A DNA stretch of 64,000 bases, from the NCBI RefSeq assembly GCF_004765795.1, contig NZ_SBIV01000008.1, positions 1 through 64,000 on the forward strand. The letters run 5' to 3'. The stretch comes from Halorussus marinus (GTDB taxonomy: Archaea > Halobacteriota > Halobacteria > Halobacteriales > Haladaptataceae). This document shows positions 50,546 to 60,972 of this stretch, piece by piece. The notes below the pieces were generated by a model. It was given only the letters and a program-made list of their open reading frames with translations, did no database searches and was not told the DNA's origin. Made by a program: the position numbers and the translations under genes. Every line of letters starts with the position of its first letter. Position 1 is the first letter of the stretch.

Positions 50546-51439
50546 TCAGGGCAGGTCGACCGCGACGCCCGACTGCCGGCTCGCGGCCTTGACCGTGTTG
50601 TACAGCAACATCGCGCGGGTCATCGGGCCGACGCCGCCCGGGACGGGCGTGATCGCGCCCGCGGTCCCGGTCGCCGACTCGAAGTCCACGTCGCCGACCA
50701 GTTCGTAGCCCTTCTCGGTGTCGGCTTCGACGCGGTTGACGCCCACGTCGATCACGGTCGCGCCCTCCGTGAGCATCGAGCCGTCGATCATCTCCGGGAC
50801 CCCGGCGGCCGCGATCACCACGTCGGCGCGTCGGGTGTGGGCCGCGAGGTCCTCGGTCCGGGAGTGACACACCGTGGTCGTCGCGTTGCCAAGCGGCGCC
50901 TTCTGGACGAGGAGGTTCGCCATCGGTTTGCCGACGATATCCGATCGCCCGACTACGACCGCCTCGGCGCCTTCGGTCTCGACGTCGGCGGCTTCGAGGA
51001 GCTTCTGGACGCCGTGGGGCGTGCAGGGCTTGAACCGGGCGTCGCCGGCGACCATCCGGCCGACGTTCTCGGGGTGGAAGCCGTCGACGTCCTTCTCGGG
51101 GTCGATCGACCGGAGGACCCGCCGGTCGTCGACGTGGTCGGGCACCGGCATCTGGACGAGGATCCCGTGGACCTCGGGGTCGTCGTTCAGCTCCTCGACG
51201 GTGTCGTACAGCTCCTCGGCGGGCGCGTCGGCGTCGAGTTCGACGTTGACGCCCTCGATGCCGACCTCCTCGCAGTCGCGCTGTTTCATCGAGACGTAGG
51301 TCTCGCTGGCGGGGTCGTCGCTCATCAGGACGGTCGCGAGCCCGGGACGCTCGCCCGCGTCGGCGAGCGCCTCGATGCCCTCTCGAAGTTCGTCGCGGAT
51401 CTCGGCGGCGACGGCGTCCCCGTCGATTATCTCGGTCAT
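50546..51439 (-). CDS. folD: Methylenetetrahydrofolate dehydrogenase/cyclohydrolase
   Basis: KDVDGFHP, PCTP, GRSDIVGKP, TPVPGGVGPMT. Confidence 0.96.
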   Translation of the reverse strand: MTEIIDGDAVAAEIRDELREGIEALADAGERPGLATVLMSDDPASETYVSMKQRDCEEVGIEGVNVELDADAPAEELYDTVEELNDDPEVHGILVQMPVPDHVDDRRVLRSIDPEKDVDGFHPENVGRMVAGDARFKPCTPHGVQKLLEAADVETEGAEAVVVGRSDIVGKPMANLLVQKAPLGNATTTVCHSRTEDLAAHTRRADVVIAAAGVPEMIDGSMLTEGATVIDVGVNRVEADTEKGYELVGDVDFESATGTAGAITPVPGGVGPMTRAMLLYNTVKAASRQSGVAVDLP

Positions 51440-51528
51440 TACGTATCGGATCGGCGCCGAGCCATTTCAACCCTCGGGTTCGTGCGTATTTCCCGGGTGG
51501 AAAATCAGTTTCTATGCACGACCGTGGA

Positions 51529-52776
51529 TTACTCGTACAGCGGGTTCGCCTCGCAGAGCGCTTTGACGTCCTCGGCGACCTCGGCTTTGACGTCCTCGTC
51601 GTCGACGTTGTTGACGACCCGGGCGATGAGGTCGCCCACGTACCGGCAGTCGTCCTCGTCGAAGCCCCGGGTCGTGAGTGCGGGGGTTCCCGCCCGGATG
51701 CCGCTGGTGACGAACGGCGAGCGCGTCTCGCCGGGGACGGTGTTGGCGTTCAGGACGATGCCCACGTCTTCGAGGGCCTCCTCGGCCTGCTTGCCGGTCA
51801 CGTCCTCGTGGGACTCCCGGAGGTCGACCAGCACGAGGTGGGTGTCGGTGCCCCCAGAGACCAGCGAGAAACCGTCTTCCTGGAGGCTCTCGCCGAGCGC
51901 CTCGGCGTTCTTGACCGTCTGGGCGGCGTACTCGTCGAACTCGGAGTCGAGCGCCTCTCGGAAGCCGACCGCCTTGCCAGCGATGTTGTGCAGGAGGGGC
52001 CCGCCCTGCATCCCCGGGATGACGGCGGAGTCGATGGCGTCGCCGTACTCCTCGTCGGCGAGCACGATGCCGCCCCGACCCGCACGGATCGTCTTGTGGG
52101 TCGACCCGGTCACGAAGTCCGCGATCCCGACCGGCGAGGCGTGCTCGCCCGACGCCACCAGCCCGGTGATGTGGGCCATGTCCGCGAGGTGGTAGGCGTC
52201 GGCGGCGTCGGCGGCCGCCTGGACGCGCTCCCACTCGACCTCGCGGGGGTACGCCGAGTAGCCCGAAACGACGATGTCGGGGTCGAATTCCTCGGCGTGC
52301 TCCCGGAGGGCGTCGTAGTCGACGTACCCCGTCTCGGGGTCGACCTCGTACTGCTCGACCTCGTAGAGCTGGCCGGTGAAGTTGGCGTGGTGGCCGTGGC
52401 TGAGGTGGCCGCCGTGGGTCAGATCGAGCGAGAGGATCTTGTCGCCGGGGTCGAGCATCGCGAAGTAGACCGCCATGTTCGCCTGCGAACCCGAGTGGGG
52501 CTGGACGTTGACGTACTCGGCGCCCCAAAGCTCCTTGGCGCGCTCGATGGCGAGGTTCTCGACCGTGTCGACGTGTTCACAGCCGCCGTAGTAGCGCGAA
52601 CCGGGGTAGCCCTCGGCGTACTTGTTCGTGAGGACGCTCCCCTGGGCTTCCATCACGGCCTCGCTGACGTGGTTCTCGCTCGCGATCATCGCCAGCGTGT
52701 CGCGCTGGCGGTCGACTTCAGCCTCGAGGGCGTCTGCTACCTCCGGGTCGGCGGCACGGACGCGGTCGTACTCCAT
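51529..52776 (-). CDS. glyA: Serine hydroxymethyltransferase
   Basis: IASEN, NKYAEGYPG, GGHLSHG, STHKT. Confidence 0.97.
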   Translation of the reverse strand: MEYDRVRAADPEVADALEAEVDRQRDTLAMIASENHVSEAVMEAQGSVLTNKYAEGYPGSRYYGGCEHVDTVENLAIERAKELWGAEYVNVQPHSGSQANMAVYFAMLDPGDKILSLDLTHGGHLSHGHHANFTGQLYEVEQYEVDPETGYVDYDALREHAEEFDPDIVVSGYSAYPREVEWERVQAAADAADAYHLADMAHITGLVASGEHASPVGIADFVTGSTHKTIRAGRGGIVLADEEYGDAIDSAVIPGMQGGPLLHNIAGKAVGFREALDSEFDEYAAQTVKNAEALGESLQEDGFSLVSGGTDTHLVLVDLRESHEDVTGKQAEEALEDVGIVLNANTVPGETRSPFVTSGIRAGTPALTTRGFDEDDCRYVGDLIARVVNNVDDEDVKAEVAEDVKALCEANPLYE

Positions 52777-52879
52777 GCACGAAATCGGTATGTCCCGGCG
52801 TATAAGCTTACCTTTCGCGGCGCTTCTGGAGGACGACAAAACTATAAACGACGCGTGGGATACGATTCGTGACGCAGAC

Positions 52880-54985
52880 ATGCTCGACTGGGAGGAGACG
52901 GACTCGGGGTTGCGGGTGCTCGACAGCACGAAGACGGAGGTGCGAGTAGACGCCGACGACTGGGAGCCGGCCGACGCGGTCGACGCCATCGAGCGCCCGC
53001 TGGACGAGCGCCTCGCGGGCTACGCCTCCGAAATCCGGCTCCCGCCCGGGCTCGTCTTCGCCCACGGCGGGAAGGCCGACGCCGAGTACACCCACGGCAG
53101 TGACGCCGACCCGCTGGAACTCCCCGACGACGAGTACCTGCTGGACGTCACTCTCAACATCAAGACGTACTTGAAGTTCTCGGGCCCCGCGACCGTCTGG
53201 AAGTCCGAGGACTACGACCACCTGTACGTCTCGTTCCCCGAGCGTACGCTAGTGACGTTCGGATTCCGGAGTCACCACGAGGAGCCGATCGGAACCGTCA
53301 CCGTCCCCCGGACTCCCGCCGGGGTCGCGACGGCGGTCACCTACTCGTCGGCGGCCCACAAGACCACCGGCCCGGACCGGTCGTTTCCGAACCTCCGGGG
53401 TCACCCGCCCCGGATCGCGTTCGGCGACCGAACCGAGATTCCCGACGGGCTCGCTCGGGCCCGCCCCGAGGTCGGGATCGAACTGGTGGTCCCCGACGAG
53501 TTCGCGTCCGTCTACGTCGCGGCCCCGCTGGCCCACTACCTGCAGGCCGAACTCACCGTTGCCGACAGATCCAGACCGGTATTGCGCGCGCCGTCGGCCG
53601 GCGTCGATCGGGAGTTCTCCCCGTTGCCCGCGTTCCAACACGAGGTCGCCGACACGCTTCGTCGGGTGTTCTTCCTCGACTGTCTGGTCCGGAACGCCGG
53701 GGAGTTCAGCTGGGAACTCGCCGAACTCGACCTGCTCGAAGAGTTGGCGCTCGACCCCGCGGCGACTTACGAGGCGACGCCGGCCGAACAACTCGGGACG
53801 TATCTCGACGCCGACTACGGGCGCATCGACGGCGATCTCCCGGCGTGGCACCTCGCGGTTCACGTCGCCGACGAGCCGGCCAACGCCGGCGTGCTCCCGT
53901 ACCTGCTCGACTCGCTGAGTCTCGTCTACCGACCCGAGTCCACGGAACTCGACAAGAGCGAGCTCCTCAGCCGGTCGATCGACGACTTCTATCGGTCGGA
54001 CGCCGCCGACGCGACGGCGGCGTCGCCGACGGCCGCCGAGGGGTTCGCCCGGTCGACCGCGGGCGAGGTCGAGTCGGTCGACCGGCGCGACCCGGTGCTC
54101 CACGACGCTCGCATCAGCGGCTGGCTGGCCGACGGGGTGCCGATCGACGTGTTCAACGCGGTGCCCGACGCCTACGAGAACCGGTTCAAGTACCTCGACG
54201 AGACGACCGGTGACATCGACGTGACGGTCGTCCTCAACGACGAGGAGATGGCCGACGAGCGCGCGACCGTCTCGGAGATCTACCGGGAGCGAAGCGAGGA
54301 CCTCCCGATCGATCTGACCCTCCACGAGCGGCTCACGACCGGGGAGCTCGCCGACGTCTTCGAGTCGTCGCGGGACTTCGTCCACTACATCGGCCACTGT
54401 GAAGAGGACGGACTGCGGTGTCGGGGCGGGAACCTCTCGGTCGCCGACATCGGCGAGAGCAACGTCCAGACGTTCTTCTTGAACGCCTGTGGCTCCTACT
54501 ACGAGGGCCGAGAGCTCGTCAGAAAGGGGAGCGCCGCCGGCGCGGTCACGTTCACCAAGGTGTTGAACAAGCAGGCCGCGACGGTCGGGGCGGCGTTCGC
54601 CCGACTGCTGATCCACGGGTTCAGCATCCAGCGTGCGCTCCAGTTCGCCCGCCGCCGGATCATGATGGGGAAAGACTACGCCGTCGTCGGCGACGGCACG
54701 CACACGCTGACCCAGACCGACAACCGGTATTCGAGCGCCGGCCGCATCGAGGAGCGCGACGGCGCGTTCGAGGTGACGTACAACCAGCTCGCGTCCCGGT
54801 CGATCGGCGGGGGCTATCAGGTGTATCTCCCCGACCGCGACGAGATGCGCCTCCACGGCAACGAGTCGACGTTCACGCTCGACACCGACGAACTCCGATC
54901 GTTCCTCGGTCGGGCCGAGGCGCCGTTCGTCTACGACGGCGACCTCTACTGGTCGGACGAACTCGCGAAAATAGTGACCGAGTAG
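52880..54985 (+). CDS. Large haloarchaeal protein with C-terminal caspase/CHAT-like domain (paralog 2)
   Basis: KTTGPDRSFPNLRGHPP; FVHYIGH...FFLNAC; clearly homologous to 41944..43992. Confidence 0.75.
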   Translation: MLDWEETDSGLRVLDSTKTEVRVDADDWEPADAVDAIERPLDERLAGYASEIRLPPGLVFAHGGKADAEYTHGSDADPLELPDDEYLLDVTLNIKTYLKFSGPATVWKSEDYDHLYVSFPERTLVTFGFRSHHEEPIGTVTVPRTPAGVATAVTYSSAAHKTTGPDRSFPNLRGHPPRIAFGDRTEIPDGLARARPEVGIELVVPDEFASVYVAAPLAHYLQAELTVADRSRPVLRAPSAGVDREFSPLPAFQHEVADTLRRVFFLDCLVRNAGEFSWELAELDLLEELALDPAATYEATPAEQLGTYLDADYGRIDGDLPAWHLAVHVADEPANAGVLPYLLDSLSLVYRPESTELDKSELLSRSIDDFYRSDAADATAASPTAAEGFARSTAGEVESVDRRDPVLHDARISGWLADGVPIDVFNAVPDAYENRFKYLDETTGDIDVTVVLNDEEMADERATVSEIYRERSEDLPIDLTLHERLTTGELADVFESSRDFVHYIGHCEEDGLRCRGGNLSVADIGESNVQTFFLNACGSYYEGRELVRKGSAAGAVTFTKVLNKQAATVGAAFARLLIHGFSIQRALQFARRRIMMGKDYAVVGDGTHTLTQTDNRYSSAGRIEERDGAFEVTYNQLASRSIGGGYQVYLPDRDEMRLHGNESTFTLDTDELRSFLGRAEAPFVYDGDLYWSDELAKIVTE

Positions 54986-54991
54986 TCGAGA

Positions 54992-55126
54992 TTACGGGCC
55001 CGTCGACGCTCCCGCCGACGCGTTCGTTCCGACCTCTACCACGACCGTTCCGGCCGCGGTGAGCGCGAACGCGGCGTTCAGCGCGCGCGGATTATCCATC
55101 AACCACTGTCGAAGTTTGGCTCGCAT
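54992..55126 (-). CDS. 44-aa peptide 2 (xPR...hydrophobic...GP), not in ORF track
   Basis: Manual translation MRAKLRQWLMDNPRALNAAFALTAAGTVVVEVGTNASAGASTGP*; convergent with paralog 2, 6 nt gap. Confidence 0.75.
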   Translation of the reverse strand: MRAKLRQWLMDNPRALNAAFALTAAGTVVVEVGTNASAGASTGP

Positions 55127-55434
55127 GGCTTGTGCAGTGTTATACAGTGACACTACTTTATTGTTTCGGGGTGACTATACGTTAGTATGATACGATTGCG
55201 CTGAGAAACCGACTCCTAACCGGCGGCCGTTCGATCCCTCGATACCTGAACCGGACCGCCGGTGGTCGATTCCGGTTCGCCGGCCCACACGAACCGACGA
55301 CGTTCACGGAACTCGGGCCGCGACCGGCGTCCGATTAGAATTATCCGATCTGCGACTTCATATCCGGAAATAATCCGTGATTTCCCCCCGTTACTAACGT
55401 TAAAATTAAGTAGGGTAAGAGCCTTTGTGCGCGT

Positions 55435-56259
55435 ATGGAAACTGGATCGAATTTACTCGACCGAGAGATAGCTGAAATCCTCCGGGCGGTTATCGATGAC
55501 GCTCCGGAGTCGCTGCTCGTAATTAATCCGTCTGCGGACGCGATCGAGGATCTCGTCTCCGTCGCCACCGACTACGACGGCGAGCTCCCGACGCTTCGAC
55601 TCCTCGCCGAGGAAGGTAGCCTCAAGGACGTGATGGACGACTTCATCGTCGCGAGCAACGCCGCCGACCTCATCGACGAGGGCGCGCTGTCGCTTCGGAC
55701 CAGCGACGAAGTGCCGAGCAACTCCCTGCTCGTCACCGACGAGGTCGTCGTCGCGCTGGTGACGGCCGACGACCACGTCGGCGGCCTCACCGCGACCGAC
55801 GAGGCGTTCGTCGGCGACGCGTTCGATTCGTACACCGACGAGTGGGACGCCGCCGACGAGTTCTCGCTTCGCACGCCCCCGATCACCCGAGTGCGAGAGA
55901 CCCTCGGCGAGGAGATCAGCCCCGACGCCCAGGAGGACTTCGACGCGGTGCTCTCCTCGATGGAGACGGCCCGCGGGGACGGCGACGGCCTCGACGAAGT
56001 CACGATCAGCCTCCTCGTCGCGGCGAAAAACGAGGCCCTGCTGTACGACATCAGCAAGTGGGGCGAGGACGTCGGCATCGCGAGCAAGGCCACCTTCTCG
56101 CGCACCAAAACGAAGCTCGAAGACATGGGGCTCATCGGCACCGAGAAGGTCCCCATCGACGTGGGACGCCCGCGTCTCCGTCTCAAGCTCGCGAACGACG
56201 ACCTCCGCGACGCCGACACCGACCAGCTCGCGGGCGTCGCCCAGAGCCTGCTTCACTGA
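55435..56259 (+). CDS. tbsP: Transcriptional regulator TbsP-like (C-terminal HTH)
   Basis: LLYDISKWGEDVGIASKATFSRTKTKLE...PIDVGRPRLRL. Confidence 0.75.
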   Translation: METGSNLLDREIAEILRAVIDDAPESLLVINPSADAIEDLVSVATDYDGELPTLRLLAEEGSLKDVMDDFIVASNAADLIDEGALSLRTSDEVPSNSLLVTDEVVVALVTADDHVGGLTATDEAFVGDAFDSYTDEWDAADEFSLRTPPITRVRETLGEEISPDAQEDFDAVLSSMETARGDGDGLDEVTISLLVAAKNEALLYDISKWGEDVGIASKATFSRTKTKLEDMGLIGTEKVPIDVGRPRLRLKLANDDLRDADTDQLAGVAQSLLH

Positions 56260-56363
56260 CGCCGCCCGAGCACGGAGGCGCTTCGCTCTCGGTTCGGTTT
56301 TTCTCGCGTCACCTCCGAGCGATAGCACCGGTCTTTTCGGTCCCCGGGTCCGTCCGTCGACCC

Positions 56364-58100
56364 ATGAGCACACCGACCGTCGGAATCGCGGGCGCCGGTC
56401 GCGCGGTCGAGGCCGTTCGCGCGGCGATCGACGGGGCCGAAATCGTCGCGCTCGACCCCGAACAGCTCGGCCGCGCCGACTTCGGCGTGGTCGTCGACGA
56501 CGCCGGCGCCCCCGCGTTTTCGCGGGCGAACCGCGCGGCCCGGGCGGGCGAGACGCCGTGGCTCGCCGTCGAGCTGGGCGGTGTCGGCGGTCGGCCGATA
56601 TCGGCCGTCGACGCCGCGGTTTCGGGGTTCACAGTCCGGACGGCCTGTTACGAGTGCCTCGAAGCGCGCGTGGCGGCGAACGCCGACGACGGAGACGCCG
56701 AGTCGGGCGCCGGGACCGCGCCGGCCACCGCCCGGTTTGCGGGCGCGCTCGCCGGCCGAGAGGCGGCGAGGCTCCTCGACGGCGAGGACTCGGCGGTCCT
56801 CGGCGGCGTCCTCGAAGTCCCCCACGCCGAGCGGCGCCTGCTTCCGGTTCCGGGCTGTTCGATCTGTGGCGCCGACCCGGAGGCCGAGCCCGGGCTGGAT
56901 CGCGAGTTCGTCGACGCGACCCTCGAGGCGTCGCTGACACGCGCCGAACTGGCGGTCGACGACCGGGTCGGCATCGTCTCGACGCTCGGCGAGGCCGAGT
57001 CGTTCCCCGCGCCGTACTACCTGGCGACCCTCGCGGACACGACCGGTTTCAGCGACGCGCGATCGGCCGAGCAGGCCGCCGGGGTCGCCGTCGACTGGAA
57101 CGAGGCGCTGATGAAGGCGCTCGGCGAGGCGCTCGAACGGTACGCCGCGGGCGTCTACCGCGAGTCGTCGTTCCGGATCGCCCGGTCGGTCGACCTCGAC
57201 GCGCCGGTTCCGCCCGCGGCGTTCGTCCGCCCCGACGGGTGGACCGACCCCGGCCCGGACGACGAACTCGCGTGGGTCGACGGCGAGGACCTGCAGACCG
57301 GCGACCCGGTCGCGCTCCCCGCCGAGTTCGTCCACTTCCCGCCCCCGGACGTCCGCCACAGGCCCTCGATCACGACCGGGCTCGGGCTCGGCAACTCCGG
57401 GGTCGAGGCGACGCTGTCCGGGCTCTACGAGGCGATCGAGCGCGACGCGACCATGCTGGCGTGGTACTCGACGTTCGAACCGCTCGGGCTCGCGGTCGAC
57501 ACCGAACGATTCGACGCGCTCGCGAAGCGCGCCCGGGCCGAGGGCCTCGACGTGACGCCCCTGCTGGTCACCCAAAACGTCGACGTGCCGGTGGTCGCGG
57601 TCGCGGTCCACCGCGATGGGGCGTGGCCCCGGTTCGCGGTCGGATCCGACGCCGACCTCGACCCGGACGCGGCCGCGGCGTCGGCGCTGGCCGAGGCGCT
57701 CCAAAACTGGATGGAACTGCGCTCGATGGGCGAGGCCGACGCCGCCGACGAGGACGGCGCGATCGGCCGGTACGCCGACTTCCCCGAGGCCGCCCGCGAG
57801 TTCGTCCGGACCGAGACGACCGTCCCGAGCGCCAGCGTCGGCCCCGCGGACCCGCCCGAGGGCCTCGCCGAACTCGACGCCGTCCTCGACAGGCTCGCGG
57901 ACGCCGACCTGTCGGCCTACGCCGCGTCAACGACCACACGGGACGTCGAGCGACTGGACTTCGAGGCGGTGCGAACGCTCGTTCCGGAGGCCCAGCCGCT
58001 TTTCACCGGCGAGCCGTTCTTCGGCGAGCGCGCCCGCGAGGTGCCCGCGGCGCTCGGGTTCGAGTTCCGACCCGACCGCCCGTTCCACCCGTACCCCTGA
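56364..58100 (+). CDS. E1-like/YcaO fusion (putative cyclodehydratase)
   Basis: N-terminal CYEC...PVPGCSIC; KALGEALERY, TTGLGLG, LYEAIERDA, ALAEALQ; Pro-rich C-terminus PFHPYP. Confidence 0.88.
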   Translation: MSTPTVGIAGAGRAVEAVRAAIDGAEIVALDPEQLGRADFGVVVDDAGAPAFSRANRAARAGETPWLAVELGGVGGRPISAVDAAVSGFTVRTACYECLEARVAANADDGDAESGAGTAPATARFAGALAGREAARLLDGEDSAVLGGVLEVPHAERRLLPVPGCSICGADPEAEPGLDREFVDATLEASLTRAELAVDDRVGIVSTLGEAESFPAPYYLATLADTTGFSDARSAEQAAGVAVDWNEALMKALGEALERYAAGVYRESSFRIARSVDLDAPVPPAAFVRPDGWTDPGPDDELAWVDGEDLQTGDPVALPAEFVHFPPPDVRHRPSITTGLGLGNSGVEATLSGLYEAIERDATMLAWYSTFEPLGLAVDTERFDALAKRARAEGLDVTPLLVTQNVDVPVVAVAVHRDGAWPRFAVGSDADLDPDAAAASALAEALQNWMELRSMGEADAADEDGAIGRYADFPEAAREFVRTETTVPSASVGPADPPEGLAELDAVLDRLADADLSAYAASTTTRDVERLDFEAVRTLVPEAQPLFTGEPFFGERAREVPAALGFEFRPDRPFHPYP

Positions 58101-58200
58101 GCAAGTCGACTCCAGACGTCGGGGAGTTTTATCGTCCCGCCCGTTGTGGCTGGTAGCGTATGGCACGGATCGTTCTGCGCCGGCCGCCGAAGGGGGACCG

Positions 58201-58374
58201 ATGACGACCGAGTTCGACCTCGGCTGTGTCCAGTGCGACGAGTCGCTCGCCAGACGGACGGTAGCGGCCCAGCGGCTCGGATTCGGGGGCGAGACGGAAA
58301 TCGAGGTGGCGGAGTGTCCCAGTTGCGGCGGGCGCTACTTCCCGGAGGCCGCGCTCAGACGCCTGGAACCTTAG
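58201..58374 (+). CDS. Small CPxCG-type zinc-finger protein
   Basis: [12 protein letters not shown]...[12 protein letters not shown]. Confidence 0.7.
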   Translation: MTTEFDLGCVQCDESLARRTVAAQRLGFGGETEIEVAECPSCGGRYFPEAALRRLEP

Positions 58375-59495
58375 ATGCCGAACGTCGCCCGGAGCATGTC
58401 CCGGCTCCCGGGGCCGAGCCCGACCGCGACGATGGCGATGAGTAGCAAGATCGCGTAGCGCGGGCTCTCCTCGAAGATGCGCTCGTCGAACACCCAGATG
58501 ACGAACACCGCGGCGATCAGCTTCACGATCAGGAACGGCCACGCGGTTCCGATGACCTGCTGGACCGCCTCGGGGAACTGCTCGCCGACGCCGATCAGCG
58601 CGCGGTTGACGGGGTGTTTGGGGACCAGATCGGCGGGCAGGCCGAGTTCGCGCGCCCAGTCGATCCCGACCACGTTCGCCACGCCGTCGACGGTGTGGGC
58701 CCAGAGGACCACGATGCCCATGTTCCGGGTGCCGCGGTTGATCTGGGGGGCGTAGCGCTCGATCGCCCACCAGACGCCGGCGGTCAAAAGCGTCGCCGCG
58801 ACCACGACGACGGCCGTGATCTGGGGGTAGAACTGGACGTAGTCGGTCGTGAACGCGAGGAAGGTGAGATAGCCGAGAATGACCGCGAGCAGTGCGGTGC
58901 CGACGCCCGCGAGCGGATAGCGGTAGTTCGCGTCGCCGCCGGTCAGCCGGACGCTGGCGACGAGCGCGACCAGCGTGATCGCGAACATCGTGAAGTAGAT
59001 CACGGGGCTGATGATGAGCGTGTTCCACGGGAACGCGATCGCGATGTCGACGCCCTCGGGCACGGCGTCGAACGCGTCCTCGACCACGCGTAGCGCGCCG
59101 CCGACCAGCATGTAGGGGAACAGCGCGTAGAACAGCTCGCGGTCCCGGCCGACGTCGAGCCGGCGCAGCAGAAACACCACGCCGATCAACGCGACCAGCA
59201 GCGTCACCGCGTAGCCGATCTCGGAGACGATCGTGTAGCCGGGGTACGCGACCGGTTCGGCCGCGGCCGCACACGACGCGGCGTCGGAGAGGTACGTCGT
59301 CGATCCGTCGGCGTAGACCGCACACGCCGCGCTCTGTGCGTCCGCCAGCACCGGCCCCCAGAAGTAGTGCCAGACGAACCCGTAGTAGACCCGCTCGGGA
59401 AACGCGATCGACCCGCCGATCAGCGCGACCAGCAGGGCCGCGACCGCGCCGACCCAGAGCCGCTCGGAATCAAGCTCTTCGATAGCGGTGACCAT
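58371..59495 (-). CDS. DUF63 family multi-pass membrane protein
   Basis: [27 protein letters not shown]. Confidence 0.8.
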   Translation of the reverse strand: MVTAIEELDSERLWVGAVAALLVALIGGSIAFPERVYYGFVWHYFWGPVLADAQSAACAVYADGSTTYLSDAASCAAAAEPVAYPGYTIVSEIGYAVTLLVALIGVVFLLRRLDVGRDRELFYALFPYMLVGGALRVVEDAFDAVPEGVDIAIAFPWNTLIISPVIYFTMFAITLVALVASVRLTGGDANYRYPLAGVGTALLAVILGYLTFLAFTTDYVQFYPQITAVVVVAATLLTAGVWWAIERYAPQINRGTRNMGIVVLWAHTVDGVANVVGIDWARELGLPADLVPKHPVNRALIGVGEQFPEAVQQVIGTAWPFLIVKLIAAVFVIWVFDERIFEESPRYAILLLIAIVAVGLGPGSRDMLRATFGI

Positions 59496-59547
59496 GGGTT
59501 AGGTGGCGTATCGGGGCGGTTTTACGGTTCCGGTATCGGCCGTCGGA

Positions 59548-60009
59548 TCACTCGACGCCGTCGACCGGGAGCTCCTCGGCCTCGTAGGGGGTCCCGAGGA
59601 TCACCATCGTCTGCGAGCGGGCGAACCCCTCCATCTGGGCGACGTTGTCGAACATGAGCCGGCGGAGTTCGTCGGCGTCCTCGGCGTAGACGCGCATCAG
59701 AACGTCCCACGATCCGGTGGTGAGGTGGACCTCCTGGACGCCAGGAATGTCTTCGAGTCGCTCCAGGGTCTCTTGCTCTTGGCCCTGCTCGACCTGAAGC
59801 CCGACGATCGACGAGATGCCGTAGTCGAGCGCCTTCGGGTCGACCTTCGCGTGGTACCCCTCGATGACCCCTGCTTCCTCCATTCGGTTGACCCGATCGT
59901 GAACCGTCGCGCTCGACATGTCGATCCGGCGCGCGATCTCGCTGAACGGCGTTCTCGCGTTCTCCTGCAGCGCTTCCAGTATCGCACGATCGGTGTCGTC
60001 GAGTTCCAT
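59548..60009 (-). CDS. Lrp/AsnC family transcriptional regulator
   Basis: LDDTDRAILEALQENAR HTH plus RAM domain. Confidence 0.93.
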   Translation of the reverse strand: MELDDTDRAILEALQENARTPFSEIARRIDMSSATVHDRVNRMEEAGVIEGYHAKVDPKALDYGISSIVGLQVEQGQEQETLERLEDIPGVQEVHLTTGSWDVLMRVYAEDADELRRLMFDNVAQMEGFARSQTMVILGTPYEAEELPVDGVE

Positions 60010-60073
60010 ACGTAGTATCAGATTCTTTCAGACTAAATATCCTTAGATTCAGGCCGCGTTCTCGGACGATTCC

Positions 60074-60871
60074 TTATGGGACGTTTCGGGCGGCCGCGAG
60101 CAGTTCCTCGTGGGCTTCACCGTTCGAAGCCACCAGCCCCTCGCTGTCGTGTCGCCACGGCTCGCCGTCGAGGTCGGTGACGACCCCGCCGGCCTGCCGG
60201 ATCATGTAGACGCCGGCCACCGTGTCCCACGGGTTCGGGACGACGTTCGTGATCGCGCCTTCGAGCCCGCCAGTGGCGACCATACCGAGGGTGAGCTGGG
60301 CACACCCCAGCCGGCGCATGTCGGCGAACCGCTCGACGATCTCCCGGCAGACGGCGGCGTACTCGTCGCGGCGGTCGAAGTCCCACCAGATCGTGGGCGC
60401 GACCGCGAACGTCTCGGGGTCGGTCTTGTCGCTGACCGACGCGGGCTCGCCGTTGCGCCGCGTCCCGTCGGGGCCCGCGAGGTAGGTGTCGCCGAGCGCC
60501 GGCGAGACGTTGGCGGCCGCGACCGGTTCGCCGTCCCGGACCGCCGCGACGCTGGTCGTCCAGAGGGGCGTCGACCGCACGAAGTTGTTCGTGCCGTCGA
60601 TCGGGTCGATGATCCAGACGTCGCCGGTCTCGGGCACCGCTTTGAGTTCGTCTTCCTCCTCACCGACGACGGCGTCGTCGGGGTACTCCTCGCGGATGAC
60701 CTCGATGACCCGTCGCTGGGCGGCCCGGTCGGCCTCGGTGACCACGTCGGTCTTGCCCGACTTGATCTCGACGTCGATGTCGTCGCGGAACCCCTCGGCG
60801 GCGACCTCACTGCCCGCTCGCGCCGCGCGCTCGGCGACCGCGAGTCGGGGGTCGGTCTGGGCGTCGCTCAT
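60074..60871 (-). CDS. Inositol monophosphatase family protein
   Basis: DVVTEAD, GEE, WIIDPIDGTNNF, PWDTVAG. Confidence 0.93.
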   Translation of the reverse strand: MSDAQTDPRLAVAERAARAGSEVAAEGFRDDIDVEIKSGKTDVVTEADRAAQRRVIEVIREEYPDDAVVGEEEDELKAVPETGDVWIIDPIDGTNNFVRSTPLWTTSVAAVRDGEPVAAANVSPALGDTYLAGPDGTRRNGEPASVSDKTDPETFAVAPTIWWDFDRRDEYAAVCREIVERFADMRRLGCAQLTLGMVATGGLEGAITNVVPNPWDTVAGVYMIRQAGGVVTDLDGEPWRHDSEGLVASNGEAHEELLAAARNVP

Positions 60872-60972
60872 GTGCCAGCGGTAGAGCGTGTCGGGAAAAG
60901 CGTTGTCGGTTCGAAATACCGGGCGGTCCGACGTCCCGGAGCCCCGTCGTATCGCCGCCCCGCGACGGCGTC

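Noticed and set aside
52622..52879. N-terminal extensions proposed by the ORF track (52622 start; likewise for glyA, pgk, cheB, cheR, ycaO, livM)
   Set aside because: They overlap neighbouring genes or promoters; downstream starts fit the family N-termini.
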